This document shows, piece by piece, positions 1 through 9,583 of a stretch of 17,315 nucleotides of DNA (positions are counted from its first letter, which is position 1; every line of letters starts with the position of its first letter). Source of the DNA: Polyangiaceae bacterium. GTDB taxonomy: Bacteria > Myxococcota_A > Polyangia > Polyangiales > Polyangiaceae. The stretch lies in NCBI GenBank assembly GCA_044222475.1, contig JBGANF010000152.1, forward strand, positions 1 through 17,315, in the 5' to 3' direction. A program made the translations under genes and the position numbers. The notes below the pieces were generated by a model, which saw nothing but the letters and a program-made list of their open reading frames with translations, made no database searches and had not been told where the DNA came from.

Positions 1-209
1 GCGGCGAACAGAGCTTGCTCGCGAAACGAGGGAAGCCCATCGCGCGCGCGGAGCGTGACGTGCACGGGATGCCGCGCGCGATGTGCCGGCCTTGCACGAT
101 GGGCCACCGTCCGCCGTCCGCCAGGCTTGCGACCGGCGCCCGCGCGAGCGCCGCCCCACGTGCGAGTGGCCAGTGGGAGCGAGAGCTGAGTATTCACCCC
201 TGCGGGCAT
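1..209 (-). mobile_element. 5' part of a HUH/Y1 transposase, REP-associated tyrosine transposase (RAYT)-like; runs off the window edge
   Basis: Hand translation from ATG 209 (alternative in-frame ATG 224 or GTG 197): MPAGVNTQLSLPLATRTWGGARAGAGRKPGGRRTVAHRARPAHRARHPVHVTLRARDGLPSFREQALFA. WGGxRxGAGRK followed by HPVHVTLR resembles the first strand of Y1_Tnp/RAYT proteins. The HUH motif and catalytic Tyr would lie outside the window. Confidence 0.72.
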
Positions 210-237
210 CACGAAGCGCGACATCTTGAATAGGGGC

Positions 238-265
238 AATGTATGTCCGGGATCGGAATCGTCAA
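238..265 (-). promoter_or_regulatory. sigma70-like promoter for the transposase gene
   Basis: Minus strand reads TTGACG (265-260), a 16-nt spacer, then TACATT (243-238), in an AT-richer patch just upstream of the ATGs at 224 and 209. Confidence 0.5.
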
Positions 266-332
266 GACGTTCGGGCTCGGACTCGGAGAGAAGAAGAGAA
301 GGTGCCCCCCTCGTCGATCTTCGCGACACACA

Positions 333-409
333 CCGCCGTGCTCGGCGCTTCGCGCCTCCGCGCGGCGGAGCCCCCCCAAATCGGCGGCTTCGCCGCCTCA
401 GGGGGGGCT
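333..409. repeat. Pair of REP-like nested hairpins
   Basis: Hairpin 1: CCGCCGTGC(333-341)/GCGCGGCGG(360-368) enclosing GGCGC-TTC-GCGCC. Hairpin 2: AGCCCCCCC(369-377)/GGGGGGGCT(401-409) enclosing GGCGGC-TTC-GCCGCC. Both share the core TCGGCG(G)CTTCG(C)CGCCTC. Confidence 0.6.
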
Positions 410-579
410 GATACGGCGGGAACTCACGACGTCGTCACTCGAGACGACAACCCATCGATCCACTCTGCTCCCTCCCGCTCGAGGCGGTCGTCCAAGCGTC
501 GCGCGCGCCGAAACGCCGGTAACGGACCCGCGGCTCCAACGGTAGCGCGCCGGTGACTCGCGCGAGCGTTCCCGGACGA

Positions 580-1143
580 TCACGGTTGGCGACAATCGCT
601 CGGAACGGTGCAAGGGCGGCCTACGCCCAGCGGGCACGTCTCGAGGACGTGGAGCGTCACGTCCTTGTAGGGTCCCGAGTGGTCGAAGGGTTCGACGGCG
701 CACCAGTCGATTCTGGGTTGCGTCACGAGGCACATCGCCATCGCATCGCGCCACCCCAACGGAGCGTCCGACTCACACAAACCCGCCTGACACGTGAAGG
801 TGGTGCCGAAGTCCGCCCACGGGCAGTCATCGTCCGTCGCACACACGATGGGACGGCACGAGCCCGTGACGATCTCGGAGCCGGTCGCGAAGGGGAAGAA
901 GCAACACGTGCTGAAGAAGCGACCCGATACCCAACCCCAGTCTCCGCCGACCTTCCGGCAAGCTGGGGGCACCTCCGGGGTGCTGGGTGATGAACCGAAT
1001 TTGCACACGGTGTCCGTGCAGGTCCAAGCGAACTCCGCGCCGAGGCTGTCGCGGATCACGGTCGGGTTCGTGCGCTCACGCGCACTGCAAGCGACCGCAA
1101 GCGAGACGGTGACGGCGATGGCGAGCCCCGACCACGCGCGCAT
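580..1143 (-). CDS. Cysteine-rich secreted lipoprotein, unknown function (187 aa)
   Basis: MRAWSGLAIAVTVSLAVA-C signal/lipobox; 16 Cys in total; CATDDDCP...CQAGLC is a myxobacterial-type disulfide motif. Confidence 0.8.
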   Translation of the reverse strand: MRAWSGLAIAVTVSLAVACSARERTNPTVIRDSLGAEFAWTCTDTVCKFGSSPSTPEVPPACRKVGGDWGWVSGRFFSTCCFFPFATGSEIVTGSCRPIVCATDDDCPWADFGTTFTCQAGLCESDAPLGWRDAMAMCLVTQPRIDWCAVEPFDHSGPYKDVTLHVLETCPLGVGRPCTVPSDCRQP

Positions 1144-1181
1144 CACTCGAACGTACCTGACGCCTGGGCAAATGCACGCAA

Positions 1182-1215
1182 CCGGGCGGCGGCTCGTCGC
1201 GACGAGGTCGCCCGG
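1182..1215. terminator. GC-rich hairpin between the two lipoprotein genes (possible terminator or stability element)
   Basis: CCGGGCGGC/GTCGCCCGG stem around the palindrome CTCGTCGCGACGAG; no clear U-tract. Confidence 0.3.
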
Positions 1216-1263
1216 AAGCGATGCATCGCATGCTAGCGGCGGAGCGCCTGGAGCGGCCCCGGC

Positions 1264-3063
1264 TCAGGGCTGACAGGCACCGTCTTCCTCGTACGCACCG
1301 AGCGACACGGGCACTGTTCGTAGCTTGCCAACGAAGTCGGCCGGAACCGATGCCGTCAGATCCATGCCACCCTTCGAGAGCTTGCAGGATGGAGACGATG
1401 CGAGCGGCCAACCGCCACCGAAGAGCGCGCTCACCCCCAAGTCCGACGCTCCGAAGCCCGCGAACACGCCTTCTGCGCAGTGCGCATCGTTGGGAGCGCA
1501 CGCGGGGACGGCGACGCAGCTCGCGGTCGCGCACGACGCGTGGAGCTCGAGGTTTCCGCTCGCCGTGGCTCCGTCGGTCGCGAGGTTCGTTTCGAGCTCC
1601 GTCACCGTCGTCGATGGAATCGTGGCGGAGCACGCCTGAAGCACTCCGCGCCCCGTGAACAAGGTAGCGAAGCCCGCGAATGCGTTGTTCCGAACGACGT
1701 CAAGACCGTTGCACCGAGGGCCGCTGAAGAGCGTCCCGCTGCCGGTGGAAAGGATCAGATTGTTCTCGACGGAGAACGTTTGGGGAGCCGACGTCGGAGC
1801 GAAGGCGATGACGCCGCTTTTCGACGCGGGCGCAACGATCGAATTGTGGGCAATGCGAGTGAACCCACCATAGGCCATCGAGACCGCAACCGCCGCGTTC
1901 GTCTCCAACGGGCTGCGTCCGCCAGCGTGGATCAAGTTGTCGACGATCGACGCGTTCGCGACGACGTACACGAGAATCGCCCCCGCGTTGGCGTACAGGT
2001 GACCGGTGTCGCCGCCATGGATGCGATTCCTCGCGATGACCGCGTTTTCGTACCATGACACGTCGACTGCACTTGAACCGCACGGACCAGTGCAGTCACC
2101 ACTTCGCCCGCGAATGACGTTGTCGACGATCTCGACGGAGCGCTTCTCCGAGTTGTCCGACTTGCGCCAGACCTGGATGCCCGCGACCTGCACGGGCGTG
2201 GTTCCTTTCGTCGTGCCAGCGCCGGCGTCGATGACGTTCCGCGCGATGGCGGCCGGGCCGACGTAGTCGTCACCGTACAGCCGCATGGCGACGGAGGCGA
2301 TGGGAAGGGATTGCTTCTCGTCGCCGCCGAGGACGCCCGAACCACCCGCAATCCGGTCGTCGTGGATCCGAACTGGGCCCTCGGCGAACACCCCCATGCT
2401 TCCGATCAAATGGAACGTGTCGGTGGTGCCCGCGCCGCCGTCGATGTCGTCGTGAACGAGCTCTATCGGAGCACGTCGGACATCGACGCCCGTCGAGCCG
2501 ACGCCGTAGCCCGTGCCCTTCCCCCCCACGATGCGATCGTTGGACAGGACCAGGGCCGGGCCATCCTCGATCTTCACCGCTGGAGAGTTGTCGAGGTCCG
2601 ACCCGCGGAACGTGAACCCGTCGACGACGACGGTCGACGGGACGGCGCCGGTCGCCGTGAAGGCGGAACCGTCGCTTTGGACCACCGTCTCGTTCACGCC
2701 GTCGAACGTGGGGTAGCCGTACTTCGCCGTCCGCTCGAAGGTGTCGCAAGCAAAGCCCCCTTCGAGGGTGAGCGTCCGTTGAACTGCAAAGGAGACCGAC
2801 TCGCCATAGTTGCCTTTGCATACCTTCACGTGGGCAATCTTCGCAGAGCCCTGCGCCGCGAGCAGCGCGGCACCGATCGTCCGTTTGGCCCGCGCGGGCT
2901 CGCACCCGGTCGCGCCGTCGGCCCCGGTAGGTGCCACGAACATCGTGTCGCACGGAGCGCGAGCATCGGCCCCGCTATCGGCGGAGCCCGCGTCCGGAGT
3001 GGTAGGAGTTGCACTCCCGCACGCGGAGCAACTCACGACGAGCGCAAACAGCACGACGCGCAT
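1264..3063 (-). CDS. Lipoprotein with right-handed parallel beta-helix (pectin-lyase-like/DUF1565-type N-terminus), 599 aa
   Basis: Real start is ATG 3063, inside track ORF 1264..4665. MRVVLFALVVSCSA-C lipobox, PDAG linker, FVAPTGADGATG..AKRTIGAAL cap, repeated IxxNxIxGG coils, and C-terminal DFVGKLR...SLGAYE (choice-of-anchor Q-like). Confidence 0.85.
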   Translation of the reverse strand: MRVVLFALVVSCSACGSATPTTPDAGSADSGADARAPCDTMFVAPTGADGATGCEPARAKRTIGAALLAAQGSAKIAHVKVCKGNYGESVSFAVQRTLTLEGGFACDTFERTAKYGYPTFDGVNETVVQSDGSAFTATGAVPSTVVVDGFTFRGSDLDNSPAVKIEDGPALVLSNDRIVGGKGTGYGVGSTGVDVRRAPIELVHDDIDGGAGTTDTFHLIGSMGVFAEGPVRIHDDRIAGGSGVLGGDEKQSLPIASVAMRLYGDDYVGPAAIARNVIDAGAGTTKGTTPVQVAGIQVWRKSDNSEKRSVEIVDNVIRGRSGDCTGPCGSSAVDVSWYENAVIARNRIHGGDTGHLYANAGAILVYVVANASIVDNLIHAGGRSPLETNAAVAVSMAYGGFTRIAHNSIVAPASKSGVIAFAPTSAPQTFSVENNLILSTGSGTLFSGPRCNGLDVVRNNAFAGFATLFTGRGVLQACSATIPSTTVTELETNLATDGATASGNLELHASCATASCVAVPACAPNDAHCAEGVFAGFGASDLGVSALFGGGWPLASSPSCKLSKGGMDLTASVPADFVGKLRTVPVSLGAYEEDGACQP

Positions 3064-3179
3064 TGGAAACGAGAGTACCCGTTGCCGGTCCGATCCCAAG
3101 TGAGAACGGCCGGGACCTCCGACGTCGTGCCGCGACGCCCAGGTAGGAATCGGAACGACTCGCCAGGCGAGTGAGCCGA

Positions 3180-3962
3180 TCACGCCACCCGCGCCAGCTG
3201 CCGTCCCAATGCGAGTTCCCACGCCCGCTTGGCGCCGATTCCGCGGGCCTCGAGGCCGGGCACGGTGACCGACTCCATCGTCGCGACGAAGAGCGCGAAG
3301 TTCGCCGGACCGTCCGGCGTCCCCACCGCCAGCGCCGCGTCCGAGACCGAGCCCATCGCGAGCGAGCCGCGGTGGTAGTCGAGCTGATGGGTGAAGCACG
3401 CCACCATCCACGCGCCGAGGCGGTCGCGAAGCGCGTCGTCGAGCGACACGTCGTCGAGGATGCGCCAGCCGATGCGCGCGTGCCCGACTTCGTCGGCGAG
3501 GATGCGCTGGAGCTCGCTGCGGAGCTCGGGCGTGCTCGCCACCTCGTGCTCTGCGCCGACGAGCGCGACCGCGGTCGTCTCGCTGCAGCAGCTCACGCTC
3601 AGCAGGTTGCGGAGCAGGCCCTCCAACGGGCCGACGTCTTCGTGCATCGGCACCGGCGGGAGATCGGGGAGAGGCGCGACCGCCGCTTCGTCGAACGCGG
3701 CGACGACGCGCGCGCACCGGCGTGCGTGATCGATCTCCTCCCCGCACATGCGGGCCAGCTCCTCGACGACGCGATGGGAGAGCCCGGCGCGGAGCGCCTG
3801 CGCCGAGAGGATCCCGAAGACCCGCGACGAGACGTACTCGCTGACCATCCGAGTGCGCCACGTGGATGCGGCGTAGGTGCGCTCGTCCATGGTGAGCGCG
3901 CCTCTCTCCACGGCGACCGGCCCCCGCGCGCTGACGACGTCGGTGAAGTCGAGGAGGGTCAC
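3180..3962 (-). CDS. Ferritin-like (four-helix diiron carboxylate) protein, 260 aa
   Basis: GTG start at 3962 with GGAGG upstream, overlapping the upstream stop (GTGA). Ligand pattern E(VSEY)...EEIDH...E(CSET)...DEVGH; no signal peptide. Confidence 0.85.
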   Translation of the reverse strand: MTLLDFTDVVSARGPVAVERGALTMDERTYAASTWRTRMVSEYVSSRVFGILSAQALRAGLSHRVVEELARMCGEEIDHARRCARVVAAFDEAAVAPLPDLPPVPMHEDVGPLEGLLRNLLSVSCCSETTAVALVGAEHEVASTPELRSELQRILADEVGHARIGWRILDDVSLDDALRDRLGAWMVACFTHQLDYHRGSLAMGSVSDAALAVGTPDGPANFALFVATMESVTVPGLEARGIGAKRAWELALGRQLARVA

Positions 3963-4240
3963 GCCACACCTCCGGCGAAGAGCGCGCCGAGCGCGGGATC
4001 GTACGCCGGAGGCGCGAGGGGCCCCCAGCTCGGTACGCACCCGCCGCTCTGCGGGCTGAGTCGAAGCGCGTCGGCGACGGGGTGGGACGACTGTACCCTT
4101 TTGGTATCATCGGCCGAGCTGACCTTGGGGTCTTCGGCGGCGTTGGCGGTCGCCACTTGGACGATCGCACCGCCGAGCGCGAAGGCGCAGGTGAGCTTGG
4201 CTGCCATCTTGAGACCACGACGTTGGGACGATGTGAGCAT
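3959..4240 (-). CDS. Small exported protein or precursor peptide (93 aa) with C-terminal CVPSWGPLAPP motif
   Basis: GGAGGA RBS 7 nt before ATG 4240. Sequence: MLTSSQRRGLKMAAKLTCAFALGGAIVQVATANA/AEDPK...SGGCVPSWGPLAPPAYDPALGALFAGGVA*. Its stop overlaps the start of the ferritin-like gene. It is the C-terminal part of track ORF 3959..5032. Confidence 0.75.
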   Translation of the reverse strand: MLTSSQRRGLKMAAKLTCAFALGGAIVQVATANAAEDPKVSSADDTKRVQSSHPVADALRLSPQSGGCVPSWGPLAPPAYDPALGALFAGGVA

Positions 4241-4266
4241 TCGAAGTTCCTCCGGCCCGGAGTGAG

Positions 4267-4282
4267 TGCAAACGGTCTGCCG
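4267..4282 (-). promoter_or_regulatory. sigma54 -24/-12 promoter for the peptide/ferritin-like operon
   Basis: Minus strand CGGCAGACCGTTTGCA = GG-N10-GC, close to the TGGCAC-N5-TTGCA consensus, 26 nt upstream of ATG 4240. Confidence 0.65.
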
Positions 4283-4289
4283 TAGGAAA

Positions 4290-4310
4290 TGACCATCTCC
4301 CAGATGGTCA
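4290..4310. promoter_or_regulatory. Perfect 9-bp inverted repeat, putative operator
   Basis: TGACCATCT-CCC-AGATGGTCA, centred at 4300 in the divergent intergenic region. Confidence 0.65.
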
Positions 4311-4317
4311 ATTGCCA

Positions 4318-4333
4318 TGGTTCCAGGCTTGCA
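4318..4333 (+). promoter_or_regulatory. sigma54 -24/-12 promoter for the lgt-like gene
   Basis: TGGTTCCAGGCTTGCA = GG-N10-GC; the predicted +1 falls about 2 nt before ATG 4346. Confidence 0.5.
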
Positions 4334-4345
4334 ACGCCGGACGGC

Positions 4346-5035
4346 ATGCCGCCCACGTGGACCCTCTGCCAGCTCGCCGGCGTGCTCGCGGCGACGCTCG
4401 TCTTCTTCCGTTGCGCGCCGCGCGCCGACCGGGTGACCTTCGTGGCCGCGCTCCCGTTTCTCGTGGTCGGTGCGCTCGGATTCGACTGGTTCTTCGAGCT
4501 CTCCGCGTGGGCCGTGCGCGGGGCGCGCGGTCCGATGCCGGGGCCGGGAGGCGTCGTGGCGTACGGCGCGCTGTTCGGCTTCGTCCTCGCGTACGTCGGA
4601 ATGACCATGCTCCGGCGGCGTGACCCGTCCGTCGCGCTCGACGCGGTCATCGCACCGCTGCTCACGATCGTCGCGTTCGGCCGCGTAGGATGTTTCTTCG
4701 CAGGGTGTGAAGAAGGATGCGCGACGCACGTCCCCTGGTCGGTGCCGGGGCACGACCCGACCCACCGCGTTCATCCGGTCGCGCTCTACGAGGTGGTCGC
4801 GGCGCTGATCGCGCTCGCAGTGTCGCGGAGCGTGCGTCGCGAGCGATTCGCCGCCGGTGCGATCACCTACGGCGCGCTGCGCATCGTCGTCGAGCTCTTC
4901 CGCGCGCACGAAGGCCTCGTGAGCGCGGGCCAGTGGACGAGCGTCTTCGTGATCGGCGGCGCGCTGGCTTGGCTCACTCGAGGTCGCCCGATCGAACGCC
5001 GATTCACTGTCGACGCAGCGCCCAGACCGCACTAA
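4346..5035 (+). CDS. lgt: Prolipoprotein diacylglyceryl transferase (Lgt) family protein, divergent paralog (229 aa)
   Basis: Multi-TM protein with GGVVAYGA, GRVGCFFAGCEEG, HPVALYE, YGALRIVVELFR and SAGQW matching Lgt motifs. Start 4346 is preferred over 4289, which would overlap the regulatory elements. Confidence 0.85.
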   Translation: MPPTWTLCQLAGVLAATLVFFRCAPRADRVTFVAALPFLVVGALGFDWFFELSAWAVRGARGPMPGPGGVVAYGALFGFVLAYVGMTMLRRRDPSVALDAVIAPLLTIVAFGRVGCFFAGCEEGCATHVPWSVPGHDPTHRVHPVALYEVVAALIALAVSRSVRRERFAAGAITYGALRIVVELFRAHEGLVSAGQWTSVFVIGGALAWLTRGRPIERRFTVDAAPRPH

Positions 5036-5064
5036 GCCTCTCCCCCACTCCAGAGAGGCTCACC

Positions 5065-7038
<1,974 letters not shown>

Positions 7039-7051
7039 CCAGGAGCAAGCC

Positions 7052-8317
7052 ATGACTTCGATCGTCATCCTCGAAGGCGGGCGCCGCACCCCGCGCGCCG
7101 ACATCCTCAAAGACAACCGCGAGGCCGGCGTCTTCGCCCGCTTCTCCACCACCCAGCTCGGCGGCATGGCCATCCGGGCCACGCTCGGCGCGACCAAGAT
7201 CGACAAGGCGCTCGTCGGCCACGTCATCATGGGCATGGCGCAGCACAGCCACCGCGACAGCATCTACGGCGCGAAGGGCATGGCGTGGCGCGGAGGGCTC
7301 GACCAAACCGTGCCCGCGCTCACCGTCGCGCGCATCTGCGGCAGCGGAGCCGAGGCGATCGCGGTCGGCGCCGAGATGCTCGTCGCCGGCCTGCGCGTCG
7401 ATCCCGCGCGTCCCTTCTTGGTCGTCGGCGGCGCGGAGTCGATGCAGTACCCGTTCTCGCTCTACGGCGTGCGCGGCAAGAAGATCGGCGAGGCGGTGCA
7501 GAAGTACGGCCCGATCGACGCGAAGTCGTTGCCGGCGGGCACGTTCCTCCAGGACATGCTCCTCATGAGCCTCTACGACCCGTCGGCGCAGCTCGCGATG
7601 GCGAACACGGCCGAAGAGCTCGCTCGTCGCTACCAGATCACGCGCGAACAGGCCGACGCGTTCGGTCATCGCTCGCACGTGCTCGCGAAGAAGGCGCGCG
7701 ACGCGGGAGCGTTCAAGGAAGAGATCGTCCCGGTGACGGTGGAGACGCAGGACGCGTCGTTCGTCGTCGAGCACGACACGCACATCCTCGAGGACGCGCA
7801 GCTCTCGAAGATGGCGCGCTTGCCGCCGGCGTTCGAGCCGGGCGGGATCGTGACGGCCGGCAACGCGAGCGCCGTCGTCGATGGCGCGGGGTCGATGGTG
7901 ATCGGGCGCGAAGCCGACGTGAAGAAGCACGGCGGTCGTCCGCTCGCGCGCATCGCCGGCATGGGCGTCGCCGCGTGCGAGCCGCGCATCATGGGGTGGG
8001 GCCCGGTCCCCGCGACCGAGCGCGCGCTCGCGGCGGCCGGCATCTCGGGCAAGGAGATCGATCACGTCGAGATCAACGAAGCGTTCGCGCCGCAGGCGCT
8101 CGCGTGCATCCGCGATTTCGAGAAGATGGGGATCGATCCGGAGAAGGTGAACCCGCTCGGTGGCGCGATCGCGCTTGGGCACCCGCTAGGGGCCACGGGG
8201 GCGATCCTCACGCTGACGTGCGCCCATGCGCTGCGGCGCGAGAAGAAGCGCTACGGACTCGTGACGATGTGCATCGGCGGAGGTCAGGGCATCTCGCTCG
8301 TGATCGAGTCGACGTAG
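7052..8317 (+). CDS. Thiolase (acetyl-CoA C-acyltransferase), 421 aa
   Basis: AGGAG RBS; RICGSG, NEAF, GHPLGATG and MCIGGGQG catalytic motifs; starts 13 nt after the HAD-ECH stop. Confidence 0.95.
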   Translation: MTSIVILEGGRRTPRADILKDNREAGVFARFSTTQLGGMAIRATLGATKIDKALVGHVIMGMAQHSHRDSIYGAKGMAWRGGLDQTVPALTVARICGSGAEAIAVGAEMLVAGLRVDPARPFLVVGGAESMQYPFSLYGVRGKKIGEAVQKYGPIDAKSLPAGTFLQDMLLMSLYDPSAQLAMANTAEELARRYQITREQADAFGHRSHVLAKKARDAGAFKEEIVPVTVETQDASFVVEHDTHILEDAQLSKMARLPPAFEPGGIVTAGNASAVVDGAGSMVIGREADVKKHGGRPLARIAGMGVAACEPRIMGWGPVPATERALAAAGISGKEIDHVEINEAFAPQALACIRDFEKMGIDPEKVNPLGGAIALGHPLGATGAILTLTCAHALRREKKRYGLVTMCIGGGQGISLVIEST

Positions 8318-8326
8318 CCGCGAGCC

Positions 8327-9580
8327 TCACTTCGTCTTGGTGAGCCTGACGATCACCTTGCCGTTGGCGCCGAGCGTCGGGTTGTTGCCGGGGTAGGCGC
8401 CTTCGGTTCCGCCGACGCCTGCTCCTCCGTTGTCCGGATCCGACGCGGCGCCGGGCGCCGTGCCCGATCCCGCGACGATGCTGACCGCGGTCGCGTTGGT
8501 GGGCGCGAATCCGCTCCCGCCGCCGCCGCCTCCGGGGTTCGTGCCCGCGTTGCACGTTCCGCCCGCTCCTCCGCCGTAGGCACCGGCGCCGCCTCCGCCG
8601 CCGGCACCGCCGAGACCACCGCCGGGCACGCCGCCCTTGACGGTACCGCTCGCGGCGTTCCCGCCCGTGAGCTGCATGCCCGCGCCTCCGTTTCCGCCGC
8701 CCGCTCCGCCTGCCGACGACGTGCCGTTCTTCCCCGTGCAGCTGTTGAACGGGGTCGTCGTCGCATGGCCGGGCATGCCCTCCGTCGATCCGCTCGTGGC
8801 GGCGCAGGCGTTCCGCCCGCCGCCGCCTCCGCCGCCGGCGATCGCGATCGGCGTGGTGCCGACCCGCACCGCGCTGTAGCCACCGCCTCCCGCGCCCGAG
8901 CCGTTCTTCGTCGTTCCGCCGCCGCCGACGACCAACTCGAGCACCGACGACGGCGCGACCGGGATCGTGGCGGACAGGAACCCGCCGCCGCCGCCCGCGC
9001 CGCCCGAGCTGGGGTTGCACGTTCCGTCGTAACTGCCGCCGCCGCCGCCGCCGCCCCAGAGCTTCACGTCGACGGAGGTCGCGTACGTGGGCAGCTTCAC
9101 GGTCACGTTCGTGACGATCGAGGTCGACGTCGCGAGGAGCGTCCCGATGTGAAGGAAGAAGTTCGCCTTGGACGTGTAGATGCCGCTCTGGCCGGCGACC
9201 TCGATCTGGTAGGGGCTTCCGGTGCCGGTCGCCTTGCCGTCGACCTTGAACGTGATCGGCGCGGACGCCTGATCGGTGAAGAGGACCGACGTCTGTTGCG
9301 AGATGCCCGCGTCAGGGGGTGGGGCGTTCAGCGCGACGTTCACTGGATCGGTGAAGCCGGGAGCTCGGGTCAGCGTCACCGTGACGGCGTGCGTCTCTCC
9401 GGGATCGGAGATCACGTAGGAAGGTGCGACGTCGAGCGTGAAGCCCTTCTGCGGCACGACGACGTCGGGGGTCGCGTCGGCACTCGCATCGGAGCCGCGC
9501 AAGGCATCGAGATCCGACGTGAGCGAGCAGGCGCCGAGCGTGAGCGGCAACGCGAGCGCGAAGCGGAACGCCGCGCGCAT
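8327..9580 (-). CDS. Lipoprotein with Ig-like beta domain and C-terminal glycine-rich (polyglycine-II type) domain, 417 aa
   Basis: LTLGA-C lipobox; beta-rich middle region; VDVKLWGGGGGGG...GGGGGFLSATIPV...LELVVGGGG...GANGKVIVRL pattern of ALK/LTK-like and phage glycine-rich domains. Confidence 0.85.
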   Translation of the reverse strand: MRAAFRFALALPLTLGACSLTSDLDALRGSDASADATPDVVVPQKGFTLDVAPSYVISDPGETHAVTVTLTRAPGFTDPVNVALNAPPPDAGISQQTSVLFTDQASAPITFKVDGKATGTGSPYQIEVAGQSGIYTSKANFFLHIGTLLATSTSIVTNVTVKLPTYATSVDVKLWGGGGGGGSYDGTCNPSSGGAGGGGGFLSATIPVAPSSVLELVVGGGGTTKNGSGAGGGGYSAVRVGTTPIAIAGGGGGGGRNACAATSGSTEGMPGHATTTPFNSCTGKNGTSSAGGAGGGNGGAGMQLTGGNAASGTVKGGVPGGGLGGAGGGGGAGAYGGGAGGTCNAGTNPGGGGGGSGFAPTNATAVSIVAGSGTAPGAASDPDNGGAGVGGTEGAYPGNNPTLGANGKVIVRLTKTK

Positions 9581-9583
9581 GCG

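Noticed and set aside
226..556. Plus-strand ORFs 226..411, 239..556 and 243..545
   Set aside because: No convincing RBS or protein-like composition; the region is better explained by a promoter and hairpins.
580..1278. Both lipoproteins end similarly (DCRQP* and ACQP*)
   Set aside because: Too short to distinguish from chance in Cys/Pro-ending secreted proteins.
3064..4665. N-terminal 534 codons of track ORF 1264..4665
   Set aside because: Arg/Pro-rich off-frame read-through across the ferritin-like, peptide and lgt genes; the real protein starts at the signal peptide at 3063.
4241..5032. N-terminal extension of track ORF 3959..5032
   Set aside because: Antisense shadow of lgt; the RBS and promoter support the start at 4240.
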